Assembly: GCA_013239625.1 (NCBI GenBank)
Contig: MU056288.1
Coordinates: 4,400,485-4,464,484 of the forward strand
Length of the DNA stretch: 64,000 bases
Direction: 5' to 3'
From: Lama guanicoe
Lineage: Eukaryota
Positions 36,486-49,582 of this stretch are shown in pieces. The notes below the pieces were generated by a model that was not told the DNA's origin, did not search any database, and was given only the letters and a program-made list of their open reading frames with translations. Each line of letters starts with the position of its first letter. Within the stretch, counting starts at the first letter, position 1. The translations under genes and the position numbers were made by a program.

Positions 36486-39400
36486 CACGACCGCGCTGCA
36501 GGTCTGGGGGTTCTACCACTCCTCTAGAGCTCGTGTCTGATTTAGATCATGAAGTAGCACTCAGAAGATGTTTTGGTCTCTTTCCATCATTGAGGGCTGT
36601 TATCTTTTGTTTTCTGTAAGTTTGACTTAGATACTTAGCCAAATATATATGGTGTTTTCTCTGTGCTTTGAATTTTTCACTTATGAGGAGTTAGGAGAAC
36701 AGAGAGAGTATTTGACCAAGCTTTAATTGAAGAAGAATTTCTGAAAATATTTTGTATTAGTTCATTTAAGAGCTAACTCTCTTACTTCTCATTTAATCAC
36801 ATGGATTAAATTTCAGTAAAGTGAACTTTCTCTTGTCTCCTTGTGGGAGTGATTAAGTAATATTTTGTAAATACAGACAAGTTTCACATCACTAACACTT
36901 GGGCTGGGGCTCCATTCACTGGAACTCACAGACCTTTAATTCTGGAACTTTAATTTCCACAATAGAAATGTCTATGATGCTAAAGAGCCAAGGAGCCTTT
37001 AAAATAATGGTGATTATAAATGTAGCTACAGAATCACAAAATTGGCACCGCCTGGTATAATAAACATGTTCCTGGTAAACTGCAAGTCAAATCACTGTCA
37101 ACTGGATCCTATTTACATATTTACATATCCTAATTTTGGGTGTAACCAACTGACACTATTTCTCAACTCTTTAGTATGAAGTTTCTGCTTATTGTACACT
37201 CCCCAGCCCTACTGACTTGTCAAGGAAGAAAGGACAGAAACTAATCTTTACTGAGCATCTCCTAAGGGCTACATTATTTTGTCTGTATCAGATCTGTGAT
37301 GAGGGCTTGCTCCCTGGAAAAGCTGAGGGAGAGAGGTTCATTAGAAAGTGGCAGCATGAGGACATGTCCATGACCAGTCCAAAGTCCACTCTTCTTTCAC
37401 CCTACTCCACCAACTACTCTGCTTCAAGTCCTTAGCGATCCTTGGATGGAGTAGGAGAGCTCTCTCTTTAAAAGCTCTAGGGGAGAATTATTTGCTGTTG
37501 GGGTGAATTACCCATAATTTATAAAGCTTTAAAATTACCATTTTCCCATATGTGTCTCCTTAGAGGTGAAAACATCTTATAGTGAAATTAAGTGAGAGGT
37601 AGGGTGGGTGCTAACTAATGGATAAAATTAAATCAAAACATTTTACTAAGAAGGATACAAAATGTTACACCTTTACAGACTGCTGTTTAATAAGCCCAGC
37701 AAACGACTCAAGGGTGTAGTTAAAAAAAAAAAAGGTACAATTTAAAGGTTCTCCATGAGCACCTTCACATTAATCCCAGGCTTAAGAAGGCACTGGCAGC
37801 ATTAGTCTATCTACTCCAGCTGTAGTGAAAAAAACCACCACCACCACCAACTCGCAAGCATTGCCTTGCTTGTATAAAGCAGTTCCTGGCAGGGTTCTTG
37901 GCAAAAGTGAAAACATCCCATCTACCCAGGCTCTGAAACCCTGTGCAAATAGATTTCTGCCAAGTAAGCTGAGCTCTGCCCACGGAGCATTCTTTAGGAC
38001 TTAGTATACACGTACGCTGAGTTCCCCACTCTTATCCACACTGTGTCAGTTTTTATAAGGCTTTTATGAATGTGTGACCTTAGGTTTTAAAGGGAGACCA
38101 CAGAAGTTGACAATGACCTAAACTACCTGTGAATGTCAGCCTTTCAGCTAAGAGAATATTACTGATAAATCTAGGCTACACAGGGCTGCTCTGAAGCTCT
38201 GAAACCAGGCAAGAAACTGCCAGGTTTAATAATTACTGGGGTGTGAGAGACACGGCAGTTGACTGTTGATGACACCTCTGGGAAACTGTTTGTTAGAAAT
38301 AAACAAGGTTTGTGAACAGAGCTCTACGACTCTAGGATCTGCTGGCTTCCACCGGTTAATTCTCCAGATTACTTCGGTAACCTTGTGTCAACAGTAACCC
38401 AGCTTCTTGTGAGCAGACTTAAATGCCACTGTTCTGCTGAGAGTGATACCAACGCCCTGCTCAGAGTATCAACAATTCTAGGTCAGAAACACAGACTAAC
38501 ATTTACATCAACAAGAGTCAAACGAAGTTCCTACTTTCCTTCCTTCCTTGATGTAACATTTACTGACTAGCGTCCTGTGAGACACTAGTCACAGAAAGAT
38601 GATAAGATGTGGTCTGTTCCCTCAAGGGGCTCGATCTAATCCACAAAATAAACATGAAATGCACATGACACTATAGTAGGATAGACGTTATAGCAGAAGG
38701 CAGGCTGTCGTGGGAGACCGGGACGTAGGCAGCAGCCCACTGCATCACGCTTCACAGAGGTGGCAATTCAGTTGGGTGGTCATCGATGGCAAGGAGTTTG
38801 TCTGATGGAGAAAAGGGTGACAGAAAGAAGTCTTCAGGAAGAGAAAAGATCATACGCAAAAACATGGCCATGAGACAGGGCATGGCCTGCCAGGGAATGG
38901 TGAGAGGTTCTGAGTGGTTGCAGCAGAGAGTTTGAGGGAATAGTGGAAGAAACAGCAGGAAGTCTAGAACTTCTTAGCTAGGACGAGGATTTGGGGTGGA
39001 CATGGGCAACTGAAGGCAGTGTCCAGGGCTGCTGAGGCACAGATTCACTGGGGTGAAGGAGGGCGGGATGAAATCCCGAGGCAATGATTAGTCCTACCAA
39101 GTACCCAGTCCAAATACATCTAGACAAGTCTTTGCTACAGGAAGGTCTGTGATGAACTGTACCAGTTTAAGCCATCATTTCCAGAGAAAAAGTCACTGTT
39201 ATTGTTTCTCACAGATCAGGAGAGAAAGAAAGCCCTCTTTCCTTTCAAAAGACTGTATTAACCCCTACAGAAACTAGCTACCTTTCCCTGCCCAAATCTC
39301 ACCTCTCCAATGCATCTTGCACGTTGCTGTTGGTGTCATCTTCCTAAAACATAGCTTTTAACACCTGGCTTCTCAGTGGCCGTAGAGCTTGAAGCTCACA

Positions 39401-39824
39401 TTCTTTAGCAGTCTTAGCTTTTCCTCATACAGCATACCTTTCTACACTTCTGTGCTTTTGCTCATGCAGAAATGACATGCCTTTCTCCCCTACTCTTAAC
39501 CTGCCAAAATTCTATTTGTCCAAAAGTCTAGCGTAATGGCCACCTCCTCAACGAAGCCTCCCTTTAGTCTTCTCATCGTGATGACTCCGTCTTCTCTGAC
39601 CCATATTATCTTGCTAGTTTCAACCAAGCACCCATTTCCTCTGTCTCGTCTTTTAAGTAGTCTTTGGGAAGTTTTTACTGGAGTGAACATCTTGATTAGG
39701 GAGAAGGCAAGAAGGGAGGGAAGAAGGTTGGCTTTGGAGTAGACATAGTAACTGACTCCTACACAAGGATCAGGGAGAGGCAGTGTGAGTAATAAAAAGG
39801 TGAGACACAGAGGCCAAAGAGAAA

Positions 39825-40390
39825 GCTTGTACTTTCCAAAGATGGCTGCAGCAACATTCCTCAAGCTCCTCCACGCAGCCTCTTATCAAGAAGTGGAACC
39901 CATTTCTCTCCCTTTGAGTCTGGGATGGCCTTAGAACTCACTTGTAACCACTAGAACGCTGCAGAGGGGACGCTGCCTGACTCCCGAGGCGAGGTCAGGG
40001 AAGCCTGCAGCCTCCTCCCGGTTCTCTTGGGAGGTTGCTCAGCCCCCACGTAAGATGTCTACCCGCTCCGAGGCTGTGGTCCTGGAGACACCAGGCATGG
40101 GTGCTCCAGTAGACAGTCCCAGTTGAGCTCACACTTCCACATCCCCACCAAGGTGCCAGACATGTGAATAAAACCATCTCAGATCCTCTTGACCAGCCCA
40201 TCTTCCAGCTGGCTACCCCTGAGTGACCCACCCATCTCAGGAGGAACAGAAGAATCTTTTTATCTCAAAAGAAGCTGAGTCTTGGCGGAATTTCTCACTC
40301 GCAGAATCCAGGGAATACAATTTAATGGGTATTGTTTTAAGTTCCTATCTTTCAGAGTAGTTTGGTCCACAGCAAGAAATACCAGAAAAG
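39825..40390 (+). mobile_element. Older MaLR LTR (MLT1F/G/H-like)
   Basis: CCAAAGATGGCTGC...CTTTGAGTCTGGGATGGCCTT...TTGTTTTAAG...GTAGTTTGG..CAGCAA terminus. Confidence 0.75.
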
Positions 40391-43300
40391 CCAAGGAATG
40401 AATGAATCCTGATCCTGCCTTTTATTTCTAAAGCGAATCAGTCTTCTGAAAGGGTTGCAAACACTAGCCAATTTGAGACAAAAAACTTCCGGGATTCCCT
40501 TGAAAACATTTAGGGGGCTTGGTGAGGACCAATGAGTGACTTGAGTCCTTAACTGCGAACATGAGGCCAGAAGCCATTGGGGGCCCAGAGGTGCCCCGCA
40601 CAGGGCGGTGTTGCAGATCTGACCCGTAGACGGTGTCCCATCACAGGCCTGTGCAAGCTTGCTGCACTTTGTAGAGGCAGAACTCAGAGGTCAGAGAAAC
40701 AGAGTCTTCGTGCCTGGGAGATGGTTGAGACCAGAGGCTCGCTAAACAGCTGTTGCATGAATTGACTGAATTCCGAAACGGGAGACAACGCTGGTGGTGC
40801 CGTCTGCTGGGAGGTGACGGGCAGCTGGGACAACACAGGTCGGCACGTGCGCCTCCTGAGGCATCTCAGTCAGCGTGCTCGGCAGCCGGAGAGCTGTGGG
40901 CATCTGCTGGGCTCTCTGGGGAGGGACTCTCTCAGGGCTCTGGCTGGAGCTGCATGTCTTGCCCTCATAAGGCAACCCAGGCTTCTGTCCCCACTGTGAG
41001 CATCTCTACTTGAAGGTTACACTTGTTGCTCACACAGTATTTGCGTTTCTCTTCTCATCGTTCTGTGGAACTCATTACTAAGTATTAGCACCCACAGAGT
41101 CCCCCTAATAGTGTTCTGCCATTATTCTGAGCACTAAATAAAACATTCCTCTTTTCTGAGCTCACAATAGCTTCTTTTTCCTCAGGACCCTATTCAAGAT
41201 CTCGCATACTGATTTAAACCTATTAATGCCCGTAGGAGAGGCTGACTCAAGACCAGCGTACAGGCCCTCATAGTTATCCTGGAAAGGAAATGGTGAGATC
41301 TCTGATCTCTAAAGCAGCTTTCTTCTCCTGGGAGAGGAGATCAGAGTCATGTCCTATATTTTCAGAAGGTCTTTCATATTCTTATTCAGTGAATATTTTT
41401 GAAGCCATAATTCTGACTGAGAATGTGCTAGATGTGTTAAGCTAGATTTTTTTTTTACAAGAGTTAAGATTTTGTTGGGATTTTCAAAGGGCTAAAAATT
41501 TTATGAGTCAAATATCTTACTTTCATTAAATCGACAACAAATTACATAGGTTTCAGGATTCTAACTGCGTATTTCCTTCACATAAATCTTAGGATTCCCA
41601 GTCTCCTGTAGAAATCTCAACTTTGTCTCTGTTTTAGAATAAAGTCAGAGATTTGTTAACTATAACTGCAGTGAAAATGTTAAACAAAAGGGCCATTTAC
41701 TCATGGATTTAGGCTGACAGCCTTGAATCAAAACAAATGGAGAAATTGGCTTTAGGGCCAGACAGAATCAATTGTTTTCGGGTCAGTTTTGGTTTGAGAA
41801 GCCTAATGAAAAGCCATCACTCAACAAGGGCTGGGACGAACACACTGTCAGTCATCATTAATCACTGCAGTGTCCCAGATTGCCTGTCTTCAGTCAAGAC
41901 ACCTTTCTGTCACACGCATTTCTCCATCTTCTTGACTAATAGCATACATATTAATTAGCCAATTAGCAGACTAATGCATGTTAATTAACACATACAATAT
42001 GATTTAAATATTTAAATAAAGAAGGACTGCTAGATCACTTTTTAAATGTGGTATCAGGTTCGATTATGTAGTCATTTGAAGCTAAATTTCAAAAATCAAG
42101 CACTGCATTTTTCAGTGGCTTATGCGCCTCCTTGTCCTCTAAATTCCTTGAGGGCAGGATCTGGTAGGAGTCATCTTTGAATGCTTCTTAGTGCCCGGCA
42201 TAGGACCTTACACACTGGAGTGAAGTAAATAGTTTTAGAATGAATAAAAAGAAGCCTGTTTGAATAGAAAAGGGTGGATTGAACTTGAATGCACAGACTA
42301 GTTCTCTGACAACCGTGTGATTTAAAAGGAACACCTGCACAGCACAGCACAGTTTGCAAGCCCTTCCACACATGTATCATCTCTAAGCAAGCGCCAATAA
42401 GTCTGTCTCACTGTTGAGGAAACTGATTTTTCAAGAGATTATGGGAGTCATCTCTGATTTTCTAATTCCCTAGTCTGTGGAATTAGAAAACAAAACCACA
42501 CCCCTCCCCTGCCACACACACTCATCTCCCAAAATTTATTCGAGATCCATGTTTGTAACATCTTACTCTGCCTACCTCATTATCATCAAACATTGGACAG
42601 AGACCAAACCCCATCAAACACTGGCAGAGAACATTGGACAATATATCTAAAATATCAGTTTCTTCAGCTGCAGCTAGCCACACCCATAGCCCATTCCCAC
42701 GGAACTTACAGAGTGGCTGATGGGGTCTGACGTGGCTGGACCTGCAGATCCAATTTGTAGTGCACACACATGAAATTCGGTGCTCAGCTTTGCAAACACC
42801 AAATCATCAGGAACAATGTTGGGAGACGATGAAATGTCACCTTTAGCTTGGAAAACCTAAAGATCGGGTCCAAAAGAAAGCTGAAATTAGTATCCTTGCT
42901 CAGGCATGTCTGACTTTCCTTCCAATATTAGGTACATGGCAGTAAGGTAAAAGTCTCCATATGTTACTTATTTTGACATGCTTTTAAGCATTATATAAAT
43001 ACCCTTGTCATCAAAATGATGTAAAGGCCGTCAGCACCCAGGAGAGAAAAATGTGCTCACGATCCTCCCAGCCCCCTACCAATCCGCCAGTGGGGTGTGA
43101 GTGGCATGTCGAGCAGAAGGCACGAGCAGGCTGGGGAGGGTTGCCTCCTCCTTCTGTGAATCAAAGCCAAAAATGGTTCCTCATTGCTGCTGGTTCTTTG
43201 ATCTCTTGCTCCCTATTTTTAGAACTCTTCTGTCCAACATCCTTTGCCCCATTGCCATGACCTTTCATGACACGCTTCTCCTGGTGGTTATTTTGGGATC

Positions 43301-43974
43301 CTATTCGTTTCCCAAAGTGATACTACAGCTAGAATTTATGTATGAGGGAGATCAGCACAAGTCTTTGCTTGAAAAAGGACCCAAAGCACATGTTCCCACA
43401 TGAGGGTGAGAGAGCCGGTGTACAAAGAACAGACACATCATCCATATTTTTAGTCATCAAAGCATTCTGGAAGGATGGCTTAACATAGTAGATACCGTGA
43501 CCTCACAGGACAGCATTATCTAGGTGCACAATCTGGGCACATGGATTTTGAAAATGTGTCCAGCACAGCTAAAGGGGTATAAGTGTGTGTGTGTGTGTGT
43601 GTTTAACAGGTAGAGAAAAGACAGAGGACCATAAAAATGATACAGGAAACTTACCAGAAATTTATCATTTCAGGTTTCTTTCAGACTTTCTCTCTCCCTA
43701 CAGACCATATATAAGAGTCAGCGCCTTCAAGGGGAAGGGCAAAGAGATCAAGCATGCTTTGATTGCTCAGTATCACTTAGAAAAGTATTTCTACACAGAA
43801 TTTTTGAAAGGAGAACAAAAATCCCCTTGCCAAAAATAAGAATGACACATAGATTCAGGGGAAAAAAAATCCTTCCTCCGTGAAGACAGAGACATCTTCT
43901 GTGTTCATCACTGCACTTTCTGTGTCAAGTACAGTGTTAGACAGCTGTGTTAACGAGGTAATTTGACATCACAA

Positions 43975-44225
43975 TAACAGCTAAACTTGATTGGACTCCT
44001 AGTACATGGCTTTGCGGCAAGCACTGTTCTCCAAAACCTGCATAAAGTACATCACTGAATGCTGACAATGAACCCGTGAGCTACGGGCTCGTACTGTCTC
44101 TATTTGGGAGGTGAGGACACTGCCCTAGAGCGAGGCTAGGTATCTTAGCCCAGGTCGAACAGCTCTGAAGTGAGAGAGCCAGAATTTCACCCCAAGCACT
44201 TCGGAATCTAGAGTTTACGCTTGCA
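43975..44225 (-). mobile_element. MIR SINE
   Basis: GAGGTGAGGACACTG...GCCCAGGTC..ACAGCT...GAGCCAGAATTT. Confidence 0.65.
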
Positions 44226-44299
44226 GAATTAAAAAAAAATAGGCTTTCTGCCTCTGCTATATCCCCGAGGAATCTGAAGAAAGAGCTAAATTTATTCAG

Positions 44300-44690
44300 T
44301 ATTATGGCCCGAACTGTATCCTCTCAAAATTAATATGTAGAAGTCCTAACCCCCAGTACCTCATAATGTGACAATATTTAGAAATAGGGCCTTTTAAAGA
44401 GGTAGTTAAGTTAACATGAGATCATTATGGTGTAATTCCAATTAGGGGTAATCCAACACGTCTGGTGGCTTTATAAGAAGAAATGGATTCAGACATGTGC
44501 AGCAGGAAGACCATATGGAGACACAAGGATGGCCATCCACGAGCCAAGGCTAGATGCTTCAGAAGAAACCAACCCTGCCAAAACCCTGACCTTGGACTTC
44601 TGGCCTTCATAACTGTAAAAGAATAAGTTTCTGTTGTTAAAGCCGTCTAATCTCTGATCTTTCGTCACGGCAGTCCTAGCAAATAATATA
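44300..44690 (+). mobile_element. MaLR solo LTR (MLT1A/B-like)
   Basis: GAAGTCCTAACCCCCAGTACCTCA...CCTTGGACTTCTGGCCT; perfect 5-bp TSD TTCAG at 44295-44299 and 44691-44695. Confidence 0.88.
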
Positions 44691-45319
44691 TTCAGTGTTA
44701 AAGTGTAAAATGGAAACCAAGGAAAACACATGTGGTCCAAATGAATCAAAACAAATAAAACCAACCCAAGGCAGATAGTTGCTTTCCTTCCATGGACATG
44801 GGCTGACCAGTTATGCAACTTTCGCAAGTTCCCAGTTAGGTGGGAGATGCTGCCAAGACGTTCCTTTCAACAGCCCAGTCAGCTGCATTCTCAGAGGATC
44901 CCTGCTTTTGTTCAATTAACATTGTTTTGAGAGCTCTTCCCCCAAGTCGTCAGTTTTCAGAAAGCATGATTCTAATGGTCTCATGATATTCCTTCCTAGA
45001 GATTATACTATAATGTTTTAAACATAAACTCAGTACTGGAAAGGTATTGTGAATCAGGCACTCCCCTAAACTGTTCGTAGAAGTAGAAAATGTTATGATT
45101 TTTGGAAAGCAGTTTGACATTATAGATCAATACTATTAAAAGAATTCAAACCCACTGCTCTGGTAACGAAAGGCAAAACAAAAGTATAAATCTTCGCTTT
45201 CTCACTGAAGCCATTCCTGACCATCTTCTTTAAATTGCATTTGGCTTTGACTAGTAGAATACAGAGACGTCGGTAACATCCCAGGTCATTCAACAGAGAC
45301 ACCAGTAGAGTCATATCTT

Positions 45320-46210
45320 AGTAGTTAGCCTGAACTGTCTCTCGAGTGAAGGCTATTCTAGATCTGCCCTAGGAAAGTATAAGGCCTTGAAAGGGTCAAA
45401 CTGATCTGCACGTAACTTAACTACTCGCCAAAACACAGTGCCACACTATTTAAAGAAAGAAGACAAATACAGAAACTCAACAACATAATAACACTCAGTT
45501 CCCAGTTACAAGTTCCTAGGCATGCCAAGGAGCAGGAACATGTGATCGAGAATCTGGAGAAAAATTAAACAATAGAAACAAACCTAGAAATGACAGAGAT
45601 AATGACACTAGAAGATAACATTAAAACAGCTATTATAGCTACGTACAAGTGTATAAAGTAAAATGTAGGGGAGGGTGTAGCTCAGTGGTAGAGCACGTGC
45701 TTAGCATGCACGAAATCCTGGATTCAATCCCCAATACCTCCATTAGAAAAAAATTAATAAATAAACCTAATTACCTCCCCCCAAGCAAAAACAAACAAAC
45801 AAACAAACAAAAAATTAAGTAATACATAAATACAATGAGAAGAGAAGTGGAAAATATTTTTAAAAGAATCAAAAAGTTTATTTTTTGACTACAATGAAAC
45901 TAAACTAGAAATAAATAACAGAATAATGCCTGGAAAATATCCAAATATTTGGATCCGAAATAACACATGTTCAAACAACCTAGGAGTCAGGAAGAAATAG
46001 AAAAGGAAATTTAAAAGTCCTTTAAAATGAATGAAAATAAAAGCACTGTGTATCAACATTTGTGAGATGTAGTTGGAGCATCCATAGGGAAATCTACAGC
46101 ACTAAATGCTTATAAAAGAAAGAAAAAGATCTTAAATCAGTGGCCTCACCTTCCAAGTTAAGAAGCGTGGCAAATAAGAGAAAACTGAACCCAGAGTAAA
46201 CAAAAGAAAT
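45320..46210 (+). mobile_element. Old L1 fragment (5'/ORF1 region plus ORF2 piece just after the endonuclease domain)
   Basis: A-rich strand; 45883 onward reads FDYNETKLEINNR..KYPNIW, resembling L1 ORF2 SDHNxIKLEINN..NTWKLNN; degenerate. Confidence 0.75.
45668..45815 (+). mobile_element. tRNA-Ala-derived SINE (vic-1-like) inserted in an old L1
   Basis: Same head and CCTAATTACCTCCCC tail followed by (CAAA)n; imperfect TSD. Confidence 0.9.
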
Positions 46211-49200
46211 AACACCAGCCGGCACACCACAAAACAGTGGTGGAATCAAATTAAACAACACTCTTAAATGCTACCGAATGTAACGGAATCCCAGAGAATG
46301 GTCCTCTTGCCCCATCTGCTCTCCTTTCTTGTCCACTTCCAGTGTGGTCCAGTGCCTAGGAAAAAGGCCTCAAGTAACGGGGCTCATCTTTAAAACTACA
46401 TAACAGAAATCTTGGGGTTCAGTCTGCACCATTGCAGGTAAGGCCAAGAACATAACTCACATGTCCGCCAGTTATCTTCGGAACGCCAGAAGACAGAAGG
46501 CCACCCTGTCAGGAAGCCCGGATTGCTTACCGAAGGGAAGTGAAAAGGCATTCAGAACAAAAATAGCCAAGCCTTTATCAATGAGAGATTGTTAGAGGAC
46601 CCTCAAGACTCATGCTCTTACTATGTTCTAAGCACAGTCATTTATGTCCAAGCAGACAAGAACATAGCCTGTTCTTTCAAGCTCTGCAGGAGAAGTACTG
46701 GAACTTCCAAGAGCAACACCATCCAGTGCAATGGGAGGACCACCAACCTCAGCACAGAGCCGTGTTCAGACAAGGATCCTCAGGCAGTCTCTGTACACTG
46801 TATCCTTATGAACAGGTTTATCACACAGCATTTACACACACAATATGACCCATGCCCTCACCACTCTAAACTGTGCTGTCCTCAAAGTCAGGGGCCACAT
46901 CTTAGTCAAATTTGTATCCCCAAACCCTAGCATGGTGGAACCAGTTAATAAATGTCCTTTAAAAGGCAAGTGGAAACCCCCTAAAAATCCTAAAGGGTTA
47001 CAGATAACACCCAAAGTGAGCTTTGAGAGTTAACAGAAAGCAAAACAAGGCTTCAGATCCAAGTTGAAACCAAAGAACAGAAGCTTATAATCTCTTTCCT
47101 GAGTTCAGTTCAATTTTTAAAACATTTTTTAAATGGATTTGTTTCCAGCCTTCAGTGAGCGTTTGGGTGGGACTGGGTTTGATCTGAGCCAGTCTGCCTA
47201 TGCTTTTCCCACGGTGCTCTGGAAGGAAGCAGGGAGTGATGACTCACAACCTGGCACAGCCCTTAGTTCCTATGTACTGACACCAGATGGAATTCCAAAA
47301 GAGGGGCGTTCACAAAGGATCAAAACCTGGATGCTCCGGCCCTAGGACGTGGTTCACGTTACAGACTTTCCAGCATGATGCTAAATTAGCCCCATTTGGT
47401 CCCAGACAGTTAATGACAAATACGTGGAGAGGTGACTTCACGTGGAAATTGTCTCAATTCTCACTTCATTCATTTCAAAAGGCTTCCCGGATTTTACCCC
47501 CACACCCACCTTCATCCCCTACCTCCTTCCTAGGCCCCGGTTTTTCAGAATGCAGGCTCTGGAAAACAGTGCTTGCAGGATGGCCCAACTATGAAAGCAG
47601 GCCCTTTCTGGCCATCTTTCCTGGACTGAGACCCAAGGACTTCTCCATTCAAAATAGCAGAGCAACGACCTTGAAAGTGCAGACAGTCCAGAGAAAAGAA
47701 AGGCGGGTGGAGTCCGGATGAGCTGTGCTAACAAGAAAAGATAAGGAATCGACAGGAATGTCATAATTCACTGCGTTCTTCTCATCCCTTCCCCTACCCT
47801 TACCTCCCCCCAAAACACACATGCGCACGCACGCACACACGCACTTCAGTGCACTGTCCAATACCCTTTTCATAGAGTCATCTCACTTCCTCCTGAGTTT
47901 CCACTTCTTTTATGAGCGTTTGCTCTTTTTCTACTTTATTGTTACCATCCTGCCTTTATAGAGCCTCTACATTACTTTTGTGCAGCCTTAGACTGCCATG
48001 GCAGACCCCTCGGTCTTTTGAAACACAAAATCCTCAAATCATATTTCCTGCATTATTTCCAATTAAACTCCACATCCAGGGGAACATCTGTCTCTAGAAA
48101 ACAGAAATCACATTTACCCAAATCGTTCTACTTAGTGCCTAGCAAGGAAGCAAATGTAACTGCAGGCTCAGGATCACCGTGCTTGTTCTCTGATTATGAT
48201 GATGATGATAATGACCCCATTCACTTTAACTTGCACCTCTTTTTAGACGTTAGGCTCACCAGTGGCTCAAAGACTTCAATGCATCCGAAAGTGCCACGGA
48301 AAGGTGAAAGGGCTGGCTCTCTGAAGGCAGTGTGATAACAATAAAAGAAAACAGAAAAAAGAGCAAACACTCATAAAGAGAGTGGAACTTGGGAGCCAGG
48401 ACAGAGCAGCAGACATGGAGAAAGGGCACGCACAGGCACTGAGTCAGAGAGCTCCGGATTAGAATCCTCATTTGGTCAAGTTCTAACTGTCTGAGCTCGG
48501 GCCAATTGTCTAACTTCTCTGAACCTCGACTTCCTCAGCCTAGAAAGATGCTCAAATGTTCATCTTAGAAGATCTCCTTGGACATCAGGGGAGACAACCT
48601 TTAAGGCATTTGGCTCATGTCAGTTGCCTTGTAAATGTCAGTTCCCTTCCCTCCCCAGCAGAAAGAGGGATCCGGAGTGATAATTTCCAGCAGCGCCCAA
48701 AGAGCTGGGCTTGTCTGTAATCAATGCATTTTCAGAGGCTCATCCTAAGCTTCTCACTTTTAGGTGTTTTCTATTGCCTCGTGAAGATGCCTGTGTTCTC
48801 TGCAATCACCAGCTTCAAGGGGAAAGTATATGTTAGTGCTTGTGTATAACTGGGCATACTTGTCCTATCCATCAAAATATACAAACTGACCAAGACCTCA
48901 CACCTTTAAAGGGTGGGACTCAAAGTCCCTTGTCCGGACTCTCAAAGCAATCTGGCTGCACTGCACTCAGAACACAGATCACTGTATTATATTTCCTGTT
49001 TAAGCACCTAGATCTCCCCTAGGCTATGAGAGCCACAATTGCAAGGTCAAGGTGTGACTCCTTTTTGCATTGCCAACTAGCATGAAGCCAGTCATTCACA
49101 GCATATTTATAGGATTGAACCAAACCATCCATCCTCTGGGTCTGCAGTGCTTTAGTATAGATGCCACACTTCATAAGCCCCCTGGCAGCCTTTCCCTGAG

Positions 49201-49259
49201 CCTCAGAAAGTTCAAGCATTGAACACGTATTATCTTTGTCCTTTAAGAATCAACTGTTT

Positions 49260-49582
49260 GGGTGGTGATCAAAAGGCACAAACTTCCAGTTACAAAATAA
49301 ATAAATCCTGAGGATGTCATGGGCAGCATGGTGATTATAGTTCATAGTACTGTATTGTATATTTGAAAGGTGCTAAGAGAGTAGATCTTAAAAGTTCTAC
49401 TCATCAAAAAAAAATAGTAATTATGTGAGGTGATAGATGTGAACTAGACCTGCTGTGGTGATCAGTTCCCAATGTATACATAAATAGAATCATTATATTG
49501 TACCCCTAAAACTAACATAAAGTTAGATGTCAATTATATCTCAATTTTTTTTAAAGTTAGAAACAACTACAAAAAATAAAAG
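49260..49582 (+). mobile_element. L1MA-like 3' end
   Basis: CAAACTTCCAGTTA...CAGCATGGTGATTATAGTT...GTAGATCTTAAAAGTTCT; imperfect TSD AGAATCAACTGTTT/AGAATTGACTGTTT. Confidence 0.85.
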
